From Gemmatimonadales bacterium (GTDB lineage Bacteria > Gemmatimonadota > Gemmatimonadetes > Gemmatimonadales > GWC2-71-9), in assembly GCA_035519195.1 (NCBI GenBank), contig DATIWU010000062.1, positions 757-64,756 on the forward strand: a stretch of DNA of 64,000 bases, read 5' to 3'. A program made the position numbers and the translations under genes. Shown piece after piece: positions 9,601-17,305 of the stretch. The notes below the pieces were generated by a model. The model had not been told where the DNA came from and made no database searches. It saw nothing but the letters and a program-made list of their open reading frames with translations. Position 1 is the stretch's first letter. Each line of letters opens with the position of its first letter.

Positions 9601-10748
9601 GTCGCCCGCTCGATCGCCGGCTGGTGGTGCTGCTCTGCGTCGCCGCGTGCCACCGGACGGAGGCACGCCCGGCGTACGACGTCGCGCCGGTAGGGCGCGG
9701 CGACATCATCGTGTCCGTGACCGCGTCGGGCGTGATCCAGCCCGTGCTCACGCTCTCCGTCAAGTCCAAGGCGTCGGGAGAGATTCTCGAGCAGCCGGTC
9801 CAGACCGGAGACGAGGTCAAAAAGGGCCAGCTGCTGGCGCGCATCGATCCGCGTATTCCCCAGAACAATCTGACGCAGGCACAGGCAAGCCTGACGGTCG
9901 CGCAGGCGCAGCTCGACAACGCCACCGCGCAGCTCAAGCGCTCGCAGTCGTTGTATCAGACGCAGTCGATTACCAAGGCGGGATTGGATTCGGCCCAACT
10001 TTCCGCCGCGACCGCGCGGGCCGCGGTGGCCACGGCGAGCGCGGATTTGCAAACGGCGAAGGATGCGATGGAAGACACGCACGTCCGGTCGCCCATCAAC
10101 GGCACGATCCTCGAGCTCGACGCGGTGCTCGGGACGATCATCTCGAGCCCCACGAACGACGTGGGCGGCGGCACGCTGATCTTGAAGATGGCGAACCTCG
10201 ACACGGTGCAGGTGTCGGCGCTGGTCGATGAAACCGACGTCGGGAAGGTCAAGGCGGGCTCGCCGGTGACCATCACGGTCGACGCGTTCCCGAACCGCAC
10301 GTTCGATGGCACCGTCCTGAAGATCGAGCCACAGGCGCAGGTCACTCAGAATGTGACCATGTTCCCCGTGCAGGTGAACATCCTGAACCCGGGCCACGTG
10401 CTCAAGCCGGGGATGAATACGGAAGTCGAGATCCACGTGGGCGAGCGTCACAACGTGCTCGCGATTCCGAACGCGGCGCTCCGGACTCCGCACGACGTCG
10501 CCTCCGCGGCCGCGGTGCTCCGGGTCAGCCCGGCGGCCGTGCAGCAGCAGGTCGCCGTCGCGACGCGGGATTCGGCGGCCGAAGCGGCGAGCGGCGACGG
10601 CAGCTACATCGTGTTCACGAGCGAGAACCGCCAGATCGCCCCGCGCGCGATCAAGACCGGGCTGACGGACCAGGACCGCATCGAGATCCTCAGTGGGCTG
10701 ACCGAGCGGGATACGGTCGTATTGCTGACCAGTGGCGGGTCGCCCTAG
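9597..10748 (+). CDS. periplasmic adaptor (membrane fusion protein), short paralog of the preceding gene
   Basis: Colinear with the upstream adaptor over about 280 aa and highly similar by eye ([19 protein letters not shown] identical). GTGA overlap with the upstream stop. Confidence 0.85.
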   Translation: MSRPLDRRLVVLLCVAACHRTEARPAYDVAPVGRGDIIVSVTASGVIQPVLTLSVKSKASGEILEQPVQTGDEVKKGQLLARIDPRIPQNNLTQAQASLTVAQAQLDNATAQLKRSQSLYQTQSITKAGLDSAQLSAATARAAVATASADLQTAKDAMEDTHVRSPINGTILELDAVLGTIISSPTNDVGGGTLILKMANLDTVQVSALVDETDVGKVKAGSPVTITVDAFPNRTFDGTVLKIEPQAQVTQNVTMFPVQVNILNPGHVLKPGMNTEVEIHVGERHNVLAIPNAALRTPHDVASAAAVLRVSPAAVQQQVAVATRDSAAEAASGDGSYIVFTSENRQIAPRAIKTGLTDQDRIEILSGLTERDTVVLLTSGGSP

Positions 10749-10750
10749 CC

Positions 10751-11962
10751 GTGCTGCTCGGCGAAATCGTCAAGGTCGCGCTCGAGGCGCTCCGCGCCAA
10801 CAAGCTGCGCTCGCTGCTCACCATGCTGGGCATCATCATCGGCGTGGGCGCCGTGATCACCATGGTGGCGCTCGGCTCGGGCGCCCAGAAATCGGTCCAG
10901 GACCGGATCCAGGCCCTTGGCCCCACCCTGCTCTCGGTCTATCCCGGACAGAGCTTCATGCGCGGCGTGGCCTCGAACAACCGCGTCAGCCTCACGATGG
11001 ATGACGACACCGCGCTCGCCAACCATGCGCAGTACGTGTCGGCCGTGGTGCCCGAGTTGAGCCAGAACCTCCAGGTGCAGCTCGGCGATCAGAACATCAA
11101 CGTGAGCGTGGTCGGTTCCACCCCGAATTACGCCCCGGTCCATAACTACAGCGTGACGGCCGGCCGCATGTTCACGGCGGGGGACGATGCCGCGCGGCGC
11201 CGCGTGGCCGTGCTCGGCGCGTCCGTGCCCGGCATGCTGAACTCCAACCGCGACGCGATGATCGGCCAGCAGGTCATGATCCGGAGCATCTCGTTCGAGA
11301 TCATCGGCGTGCTGTCGGAGAAGGGCTCGCAGGGCTTCCAGAATCCCGACGAGCAGATCCTCATCCCGCTCGAGACGGCGCGCTACCGCGTGATGGGCAC
11401 CGACCGGCTGCGCGACATCACGGTCCAGGCCAAGGATCTCGCGTCCATGAATCTCACGATGATCGAGATCGAGCGCGTGCTCAGGCGGCAGCACAAGATC
11501 CGGCCCGGCCAGGACAACGATTTTCAGATTCGTAATCAAACCGACATTCTCGCGACGCTGCAGCAGACCACCGACACGTTCAAGTACTTGCTCGCCGGCA
11601 TCGCGGCCGTGAGCCTCGTCGTGGGCGGCATCGGCATCATGAACATCATGCTGGTGTCGGTGACCGAGCGGACGCGGGAAATCGGCGTGCGCAAGGCGCT
11701 GGGCGCGACGCGATTCAACATCATGTTTCAGTTTCTCGTCGAGGCGCTGGTGCTCTGCCTCGTCGGCGGGATCATCGGGGTCGTGCTCGGCTCGGGCGGG
11801 GCGATGATTATTTCGTCAATCGCCCACTGGAACACCCTGATTTCGCCGCTCGCGATCTTTCTCGCCTTCGTGTTCAGCGCGGCGGTAGGGCTGTTCTTCG
11901 GGATTTGGCCGGCGCGCCGAGCGGCGGGGCTCGATCCGATCGTGGCGCTGCGGTACGAATAA
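10751..11962 (+). CDS. ABC transporter permease (MacB periplasmic domain + FtsX domain)
   Basis: N-terminal TM segment, large periplasmic domain, and a C-terminal FtsX-type 3-TM bundle (REIGVRKALGATRFNIMFQFLVEA). 403 aa. Confidence 0.9.
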   Translation: MLLGEIVKVALEALRANKLRSLLTMLGIIIGVGAVITMVALGSGAQKSVQDRIQALGPTLLSVYPGQSFMRGVASNNRVSLTMDDDTALANHAQYVSAVVPELSQNLQVQLGDQNINVSVVGSTPNYAPVHNYSVTAGRMFTAGDDAARRRVAVLGASVPGMLNSNRDAMIGQQVMIRSISFEIIGVLSEKGSQGFQNPDEQILIPLETARYRVMGTDRLRDITVQAKDLASMNLTMIEIERVLRRQHKIRPGQDNDFQIRNQTDILATLQQTTDTFKYLLAGIAAVSLVVGGIGIMNIMLVSVTERTREIGVRKALGATRFNIMFQFLVEALVLCLVGGIIGVVLGSGGAMIISSIAHWNTLISPLAIFLAFVFSAAVGLFFGIWPARRAAGLDPIVALRYE

Positions 11963-11976
11963 GGGAAGAGGGAAGG
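11963..11976 (+). repeat. two copies of GGGAAG[A/G], the reverse complement of the heptamer array at 12121-12155
   Basis: gggaagagggaagg lies immediately after the permease stop codon. Confidence 0.6.
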
Positions 11977-12120
11977 TTCCGGCGATCCGCGAGCACCCTG
12001 GGGATTCACAATGGGGGTGGGATATGATCACCGAATGAGTCGACACTTTTTGCTCACGTCGTGATGGAGCCGTGACCCGCCAGATCGCTGCGCACCCGTG
12101 ACGTCGTGCGCCCGTTTACC

Positions 12121-12155
12121 CTTCCCCCTTCCCCCTTCCCGCTTCCCGCTTCCCC
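12121..12155 (+). repeat. five tandem heptamers CTTCCC[C/G] (GGGGAAG/CGGGAAG on the minus strand)
   Basis: Read directly as cttcccc cttcccc cttcccg cttcccg cttcccc. It sits 2 nt downstream of the stop (12158-12160) of the minus-strand cytochrome c gene. Confidence 0.9.
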
Positions 12156-12157
12156 GG

Positions 12158-13150
12158 TTACCACCCTCGAAATAATCCCGCGTCCGCGTAATCCCACAGG
12201 AGAAACGCGACCAACAGCGGGCTGCGCGGCTCCTGCATCGGGAAATCCACCCCCACCGAGCCGGCTACGTGTCCTAGGCGCGAGAGCCGGAACCAGAGCT
12301 GTGGCACGATCGAAAGCGTGCTCTCGTCTCCCGCCAATCGGGCGATCGTGCCGCCGATCTCGACCATCGGCGCGAACCTCCCCACTTCGCGACTCAGGGA
12401 CAGGGCGTACGGGAATCCCGTGATCTGGGATTCTTCCCACGAGGCCGCGAACTCGCCCTGCACATAGAACACGCCGGTGGGATTGGTGCCGAACGCCACG
12501 TAGGGCTCGACTTCCCATGCGTCCTGCCGCCCCCAGTCCGGAGACGCTTCGATCCCGACGCTGGCAATCGAGCGCAGCGTATTGGAGTACCAGACGTTGT
12601 ATTTGACCGCCGCAGTCGCGCCACCGAACGCCTGCGACAGGGAATCGAAGATCGTGCGCACGCTCGCCTCGATCTGAAACCGCGGGCCGAAGCGGCGCTC
12701 GTACAGCCACTCCTGTTCGTTCCCGTGCGTGGTCACCACCACTTCGTTTTCGGGATAAGCCTTCTCGGCGAAGAACGTGCGCGGAAAATTCAGCTCCCCG
12801 GGCGGCCAGCCCCGCTGCCCGCACAGCGAGCGGATGTACTGGACCACAGCGCGAATTTGCTCGGGCGTCGCGGCGTCACCGAACGCGGGCATGTCGAGCG
12901 ACAGGCCGAATGCCGCACCGCCTTCGCGCACCACGTCGATCCAGCCGCGCTCCGTCTCGGCGGTGGAAAGGCGGCAATCCGCGAGGTTCGCGGGACGGGT
13001 AGACAGACGAGTCTGCCGCTGCGGCACGCCGCGGCCGTCCACGCCGTGGCATTGTGAACACCAGGCGCGATACAGGGCCGCCCCGGTCGAGTCCCCGGCG
13101 CCGAACCGAGCGGGCGCGGTGATGCCGAGCACAATGACCATCAGGACCAC
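12158..13150 (-). CDS. c-type cytochrome domain fused to a beta-rich, outer-membrane-barrel-like C-terminal domain
   Basis: One CxxCH haem motif (WCSQCHGVDG) with a candidate distal Met (LDMPAF). The remaining ~220 aa have alternating-hydrophobic strand-like segments and a terminal aromatic (..LFRGW). GTG start at 13150. Confidence 0.6.
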   Translation of the reverse strand: MVLMVIVLGITAPARFGAGDSTGAALYRAWCSQCHGVDGRGVPQRQTRLSTRPANLADCRLSTAETERGWIDVVREGGAAFGLSLDMPAFGDAATPEQIRAVVQYIRSLCGQRGWPPGELNFPRTFFAEKAYPENEVVVTTHGNEQEWLYERRFGPRFQIEASVRTIFDSLSQAFGGATAAVKYNVWYSNTLRSIASVGIEASPDWGRQDAWEVEPYVAFGTNPTGVFYVQGEFAASWEESQITGFPYALSLSREVGRFAPMVEIGGTIARLAGDESTLSIVPQLWFRLSRLGHVAGSVGVDFPMQEPRSPLLVAFLLWDYADAGLFRGW

Positions 13151-13180
13151 AGGGCGGACCCTCTACCGTGGCACGCGGCC

Positions 13181-14065
13181 TTGCACAGATTAGGACCCGT
13201 GCATCCCTCCTACGCGCAGGCGCTCAGCGACGAATTTACCGCGAAACGGCGGCAGTATGTCCTCGCCAACACGCGCTGGCGCTGGCGCGTCGTAGGCTGC
13301 GGGCTCGTATTGCTGATTGGAGCACGGCTCGCCGGGCTCACGTCGGTTCCCTGGTGGTTCATCGCGAGCTTCGCAGTCGTGTTCGGCGCGCTCAACTACA
13401 CGCTGGGCCGCGTCGCCCGCGACCACTCATTCCGCGTATGGCACGCGCACGCCAATATCGCCCTGGGCGCCGCGATGGTCTCGGCGGTGGCGTGGGCCGC
13501 CCGGCCGAGCGGTGACCTCGTGTTTCCGGCCTATCTCATTGCGCCGTTCCAGGCGGCGTACTACCTGGGACCGTATGAGGCCTGGGAGGCCCTGGTGCTC
13601 AGCGTGTCGAGCTTCGCGCTCGTGACGGCGCTCGATCCGGCGGCCTGGGGCTGGATGATGTTCGCAAAGGAAGCCTTGGTGTTGGTGTTCGTGGCCATCG
13701 CGATCGTCCCGACCATGCTGCGCATCGTGGCGCGGCTGCGGGCCACGCGGGAGGTGCTGGCGCTGGTCGAGTATGGCGACCTCACGGCCCGCGCCGCCGA
13801 AGACGAGCACGACGAAGTCGGCTATCTCGCGGCCACGGTCAATCGCACGATCGACGCCACGGCGCAAACCCTCGGTGACGCCCAGCGCCACGCCTCGGAG
13901 CTCGACACCGTCCCGGTGGACGCGGACACCCCTCACGGGCGGTCGCTCGCCGCGACGGCGCAGCGCTTGTCACGAATTATCGGACGGTTCCGCGTGAGTG
14001 ATCCGAAAAATCAGGTGGTCGAGCGTGGCGGCGCGCTGTCGGATTCATCCGGCAGGTCGAAGTAG
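13181..14065 (+). CDS. multi-pass membrane protein with a C-terminal HAMP-like domain and no recognisable output domain
   Basis: Four to five hydrophobic segments, then VEYGDLTARAAEDEHDEVGYLAATVNRTIDA (HAMP-like). The start is uncertain (TTG 13181 or GTG 13199). Confidence 0.5.
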   Translation: MHRLGPVHPSYAQALSDEFTAKRRQYVLANTRWRWRVVGCGLVLLIGARLAGLTSVPWWFIASFAVVFGALNYTLGRVARDHSFRVWHAHANIALGAAMVSAVAWAARPSGDLVFPAYLIAPFQAAYYLGPYEAWEALVLSVSSFALVTALDPAAWGWMMFAKEALVLVFVAIAIVPTMLRIVARLRATREVLALVEYGDLTARAAEDEHDEVGYLAATVNRTIDATAQTLGDAQRHASELDTVPVDADTPHGRSLAATAQRLSRIIGRFRVSDPKNQVVERGGALSDSSGRSK

Positions 14066-14529
14066 GCCCGCAGCTCGTCCAGCAGGTCGTCTCCCGAGTA
14101 TACACCCGTCAGTATGCGCTCCGGCCCGCCCGGGTCCACCAGCACGTAGCCGTATGGATAATCGAGCCCGGAGAGCAGCACCGTGCGGCGTTGCTTGTTC
14201 GGCAGCGCCACGTACAGCGTGTCGGAGCGGGTCGCGAGCAGCTGGATGTCGTTGGCGGCGAGCACCGGGGCGACGTCCGCCGTATACGACCGCAGATCGT
14301 CAAACGCCGACGCGCGATCGTCCGACGACAGCGTATCGGCCCCCTTGAGCCAGAACACGATCACGCTGGGATCGGACACGACTTGCGGCGAGAGCCCGGT
14401 CGTGTCGCTCGAGTCGCGTCGCAACGGGAACACCGGGGCAACGGCGGTGTCCGTGGCCACACGCTCCGGGGGGTTCCGGGAATGACACGCTGTACCCGCT
14501 AACAGAACGAACGCAATTGCCTGTCGCAT
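14011..14529 (-). CDS. hypothetical lipoprotein
   Basis: MRQAIAFVLLAGTAC lipobox-like signal. Only the last 172 codons of the listed 453-aa ORF are used. Its 3' end overlaps the convergent gene by 55 nt. Confidence 0.45.
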   Translation of the reverse strand: MRQAIAFVLLAGTACHSRNPPERVATDTAVAPVFPLRRDSSDTTGLSPQVVSDPSVIVFWLKGADTLSSDDRASAFDDLRSYTADVAPVLAANDIQLLATRSDTLYVALPNKQRRTVLLSGLDYPYGYVLVDPGGPERILTGVYSGDDLLDELRAYFDLPDESDSAPPRSTT

Positions 14530-14544
14530 GCCCCGCAATATATT
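14517..14544 (+). promoter_or_regulatory. candidate sigma70-like promoter TTGCCT-16-TATATT placing the TSS on ATG 14551 (leaderless)
   Basis: The TATATT sits within the 8-bp palindrome AATATATT (14537-14544), in a 21-bp divergent intergenic gap. No SD precedes either start codon. Confidence 0.35.
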
Positions 14545-14550
14545 CGCGGA

Positions 14551-15267
14551 ATGTCCGAGGGTCCGGCCGTCGTCCACTCGCAGTCCACATCGCATCCCCC
14601 GCCCCGGCTTCCGGTTCGTCGCCACCACTGGATTGTGCGTGTCACTCATTGGGCGACGGTGATCGTCCTCGCGGGCATGATTTCGAGCGGCCTGCAAATC
14701 TACGAGGCGTATGCGCGGTTCGGGAATCGTAGCGCACCGGCATACCCCAGTCCGCTGGACGGCGAGATGTTTCCCGCCTGGAGCCGGCTGGGCGGTTGGC
14801 TCGCCGGGGCGCTGAACTGGCACTTCGCGTTGATGTGGCCGCTCGTCGCGATCGGGCTGGCCTATACCGGGTATCTCGCCGCCAGCGGGGAGTGGCGTGC
14901 CCTCCTGTTCCGGCCGAGCGACGCCCGGGGCGCCCTGGCCATGATGCGCTATTACCTGCGGCTCTCGAAGGACCATCCGCTCCAGGGCAAGCACAACCCG
15001 CTGCAGAAGCTCGCGTACACGAGCATCGTGCTGCTCGGGTGCGCCGCGATCCTCACCGGTTTGGCCATCTACAAACCGCTGCAGTTCGGCTGGCTCACCG
15101 CCCTGTTGGGCGGATTTCAGGCCGCACGCTACTGGCATTTCTGGATCGTGTGGATCTTCGTCGCATTCACGATTGTCCACGTGATCCTCGTGTTCGCGGT
15201 CGATCCGGCGTCGTTGCGCGCCATGCTGACCGGGATGTATCGCGGGCGGTTCCCCTCGCATGATTGA
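14551..15267 (+). CDS. membrane di-haem cytochrome b (cytochrome b561 / Ni-Fe hydrogenase b-subunit family)
   Basis: HHWIVRVTHWATVIVLAGMI... with conserved His residues in TM helices. About 4 TM segments, 238 aa. Confidence 0.7.
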   Translation: MSEGPAVVHSQSTSHPPPRLPVRRHHWIVRVTHWATVIVLAGMISSGLQIYEAYARFGNRSAPAYPSPLDGEMFPAWSRLGGWLAGALNWHFALMWPLVAIGLAYTGYLAASGEWRALLFRPSDARGALAMMRYYLRLSKDHPLQGKHNPLQKLAYTSIVLLGCAAILTGLAIYKPLQFGWLTALLGGFQAARYWHFWIVWIFVAFTIVHVILVFAVDPASLRAMLTGMYRGRFPSHD

Positions 15268-15964
15268 CCGTCGGGCGTTCCTGAAGCTCGCCGCCGCGAG
15301 TGGGACGGCGCCGCTCGTGGCGGCGTGCGGCTGGGATGGGGGCAACGCCATCCGGCCCCGCCTGCTCGACATCAGCCGCGTGAACGATTGGATCGGCGAG
15401 AAGATTCTCTACTCTCCCACGCGGCTGGCGCGCACGTACGATCCGGGGAAACGCAGCGCGGCTCTGCCGAGTTATTTCGTTTCTCCGACCGTGCCCATGT
15501 GGCGCAACCCCGGTTCTTGGCGCCTGCGGGTAGGCGGGCTGGTGCGCACGCCGCTCTCACTCTCGCTCGTCGACCTGATGCGGCTGCCCGGCATCACCTA
15601 CACCGTGAAGCACCACTGCGTCGAGGGATGGAGCGCGATCGCAACCTGGCATGGCGTACCCGTGTCGACGATTGCGCAGCGGGCCGAAATGCTGCCGCAG
15701 GCGCGCTACATCAACTTTGTTTCGTTCGACTCGGATTATTCCAACGGCTGGGACGTGGCGAGCGCGATGCATCCGCAGACGATCCTCGCGTATGCCATGA
15801 ATGACCGCATGCTCGGGCCGGACCACGGCGCGCCGTTGCGCCTCTACTCGCCGACCAAACTAGGCTACAAGCTGACCAAGTATCTCGTATCGATGACGTT
15901 CACCGACAAGCGACCGGGCGGATACTGGGAGGACCAGGGGTATCCGTGGTTTGGAGGGATATAG
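15260..15964 (+). CDS. molybdopterin-dependent oxidoreductase (sulfite-oxidase fold, YedY/MsrP-like catalytic subunit)
   Basis: Tat-like signal MIDRRAFLKLAAASGTA. HHCVEGWS motif typical of the SO-family Moco domain. 8-nt overlap with the cytochrome b gene. Confidence 0.8.
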   Translation: MIDRRAFLKLAAASGTAPLVAACGWDGGNAIRPRLLDISRVNDWIGEKILYSPTRLARTYDPGKRSAALPSYFVSPTVPMWRNPGSWRLRVGGLVRTPLSLSLVDLMRLPGITYTVKHHCVEGWSAIATWHGVPVSTIAQRAEMLPQARYINFVSFDSDYSNGWDVASAMHPQTILAYAMNDRMLGPDHGAPLRLYSPTKLGYKLTKYLVSMTFTDKRPGGYWEDQGYPWFGGI

Positions 15965-15970
15965 CGACGC

Positions 15971-17143
15971 CTAGATGCGGCCCTTGAGGCTCTCTCGCCC
16001 TATCGGCCCGGGGTCCGCGATCAACGCTCTCGCCTCGTCCACCTTCCCCCAGGTATTGAACAACAGGACGCCCCGCACCCGGTCCTGCGCGAGATAGTAG
16101 ATCACACCTTCCCGATACGGCTCCTTCCAGTCGGCGACGGTCTCGAGCCGCGCGTCCAGATCCCCTACCGCCTCGTAGCCCAGCTCGAACAGATCGGAAT
16201 AGAAGAACGGCAAATGATGGTACGGCTCGCTCGGTCGCACCATGTTGTGCCCGGCGATCTTGCCCATCATGTTGGCGTTATCCTCGTGCTCTACGCGCCT
16301 GCGTGTGTCCAGCGCGGGATTGAAGAAGTTCGCCACGTCGCCCGCGGCGAAGCAGATCGGATTGGTCGTGCGACAGAACTCATCGACGACAATCCCATTC
16401 TCCACCTGAAGGCCGGCTCGCTCGGCCAGCTCGGTCCCCGGGGTGATCCCGAGGCCGGCCACGACCGCGTCACACGTCAGCTCGGTGCCCTTGGACGTGC
16501 GAATGGAATAGCCGTCACCCCGCTTCTCCACGCGGGTGACGGACTCCTTCACGCGCACGTCGACGCCCTTGCCGGCGTAGTAGCTCGCCGTCTCCTTGGC
16601 GAGATTGCGGGGAAATACGAGCCCGCAGAGCCCCTCCTGAGGCGTCACGATGACGACCTCGCGATCCTGTAAACGGATCGCGGCCGCGATTTCGGCGCCG
16701 ATGAAGCCGCCGCCCACGACGACAAACCGCTGGCGCGCCGCCGTCAGCTCCCGCAGCCGGCGATAGTCGTTCAAGGTGCGATAGTAGATGACATCGCTCG
16801 GGGCGACCGCGAGCCGTCGCGGCGTGCCCCCAGTCGCAAACAGCAGCTTGTCGAAGGTGTACTGAGTGCCCTTGTCGTCGGCCACGGATTTCGCGCCCAG
16901 GTCGAGACTCGTGACGGTCCGGCCGAGGTGCGTCGTGACGCCACCCGGCAGAGCGCCGCGCCAGATCGAGTCTTCTTGCTCGCCCTTCCAGAGAGCCTTG
17001 GAGAGTGGCGGCCGGTTGTAGGGCGGATGCGGGTCTGCCCCGATCATGCCGATGGCCCCGCTCGAATCGAACTCGCGGATCCCGCGGGCAGCCGCGTCGG
17101 CCGTCATGCCGGCACCAATGATCAGGTAGGGATAGTGCGCCAT
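15971..17143 (-). CDS. FAD/NAD(P)-dependent pyridine nucleotide-disulfide-type oxidoreductase (ferredoxin-reductase/AIF-like)
   Basis: N-terminal YLIIGAGMTADAA dinucleotide fold, second fold VVVGGGFIGAEIAAA, and the AAGDVA motif. Confidence 0.85.
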   Translation of the reverse strand: MAHYPYLIIGAGMTADAAARGIREFDSSGAIGMIGADPHPPYNRPPLSKALWKGEQEDSIWRGALPGGVTTHLGRTVTSLDLGAKSVADDKGTQYTFDKLLFATGGTPRRLAVAPSDVIYYRTLNDYRRLRELTAARQRFVVVGGGFIGAEIAAAIRLQDREVVIVTPQEGLCGLVFPRNLAKETASYYAGKGVDVRVKESVTRVEKRGDGYSIRTSKGTELTCDAVVAGLGITPGTELAERAGLQVENGIVVDEFCRTTNPICFAAGDVANFFNPALDTRRRVEHEDNANMMGKIAGHNMVRPSEPYHHLPFFYSDLFELGYEAVGDLDARLETVADWKEPYREGVIYYLAQDRVRGVLLFNTWGKVDEARALIADPGPIGRESLKGRI

Positions 17144-17149
17144 GGAGGT

Positions 17150-17305
17150 CTACTCGGACCCGGGGTCGCGGCGGTGCTTTGCGTGCCGCTCGTAGCCCCG
17201 CTTCGAGCGATGGACCTTGTGGGCGGGAGTCTTCAATCGCTCCTTGACCGGTGCGTCCGGATTGGGAACGCGGACGGTGATCTTCACGCCCTTCTTGCGC
17301 GTCAT
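17150..17305 (-). CDS. small (51 aa) highly basic hypothetical protein
   Basis: MTRKKGVKITVRVPNPDAPVKERLKTPAHKVHRSKRGYERHAKHRRDPGSE. Its ATG overlaps the stop of the upstream DinB-like gene (ATGA). Confidence 0.3.
   Translation of the reverse strand: MTRKKGVKITVRVPNPDAPVKERLKTPAHKVHRSKRGYERHAKHRRDPGSE

Noticed and set aside
11977-12120. Possible MITE or small mobile element delimited by the inverted heptamer arrays
   Set aside because: There are no target-site duplication, no terminal inverted repeats beyond the simple-sequence arrays, no second copy within the window, and no transposase. It is reported only as a repeat-flanked intergenic segment. A whole-genome copy count would be needed.
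12121-12155. Possible CRISPR-like array (also considered for 20232-20255)
   Set aside because: The units are only 6-7 nt and directly abutting, with no spacers. These are microsatellite-type tandem repeats, not CRISPR.
14011-15372. 453-aa minus-strand ORF
   Set aside because: The N-terminal ~280 codons are antisense to the cytochrome b and Moco genes and lack features. Only the C-terminal 172 aa, starting with a lipoprotein-like signal at ATG 14529, was kept.
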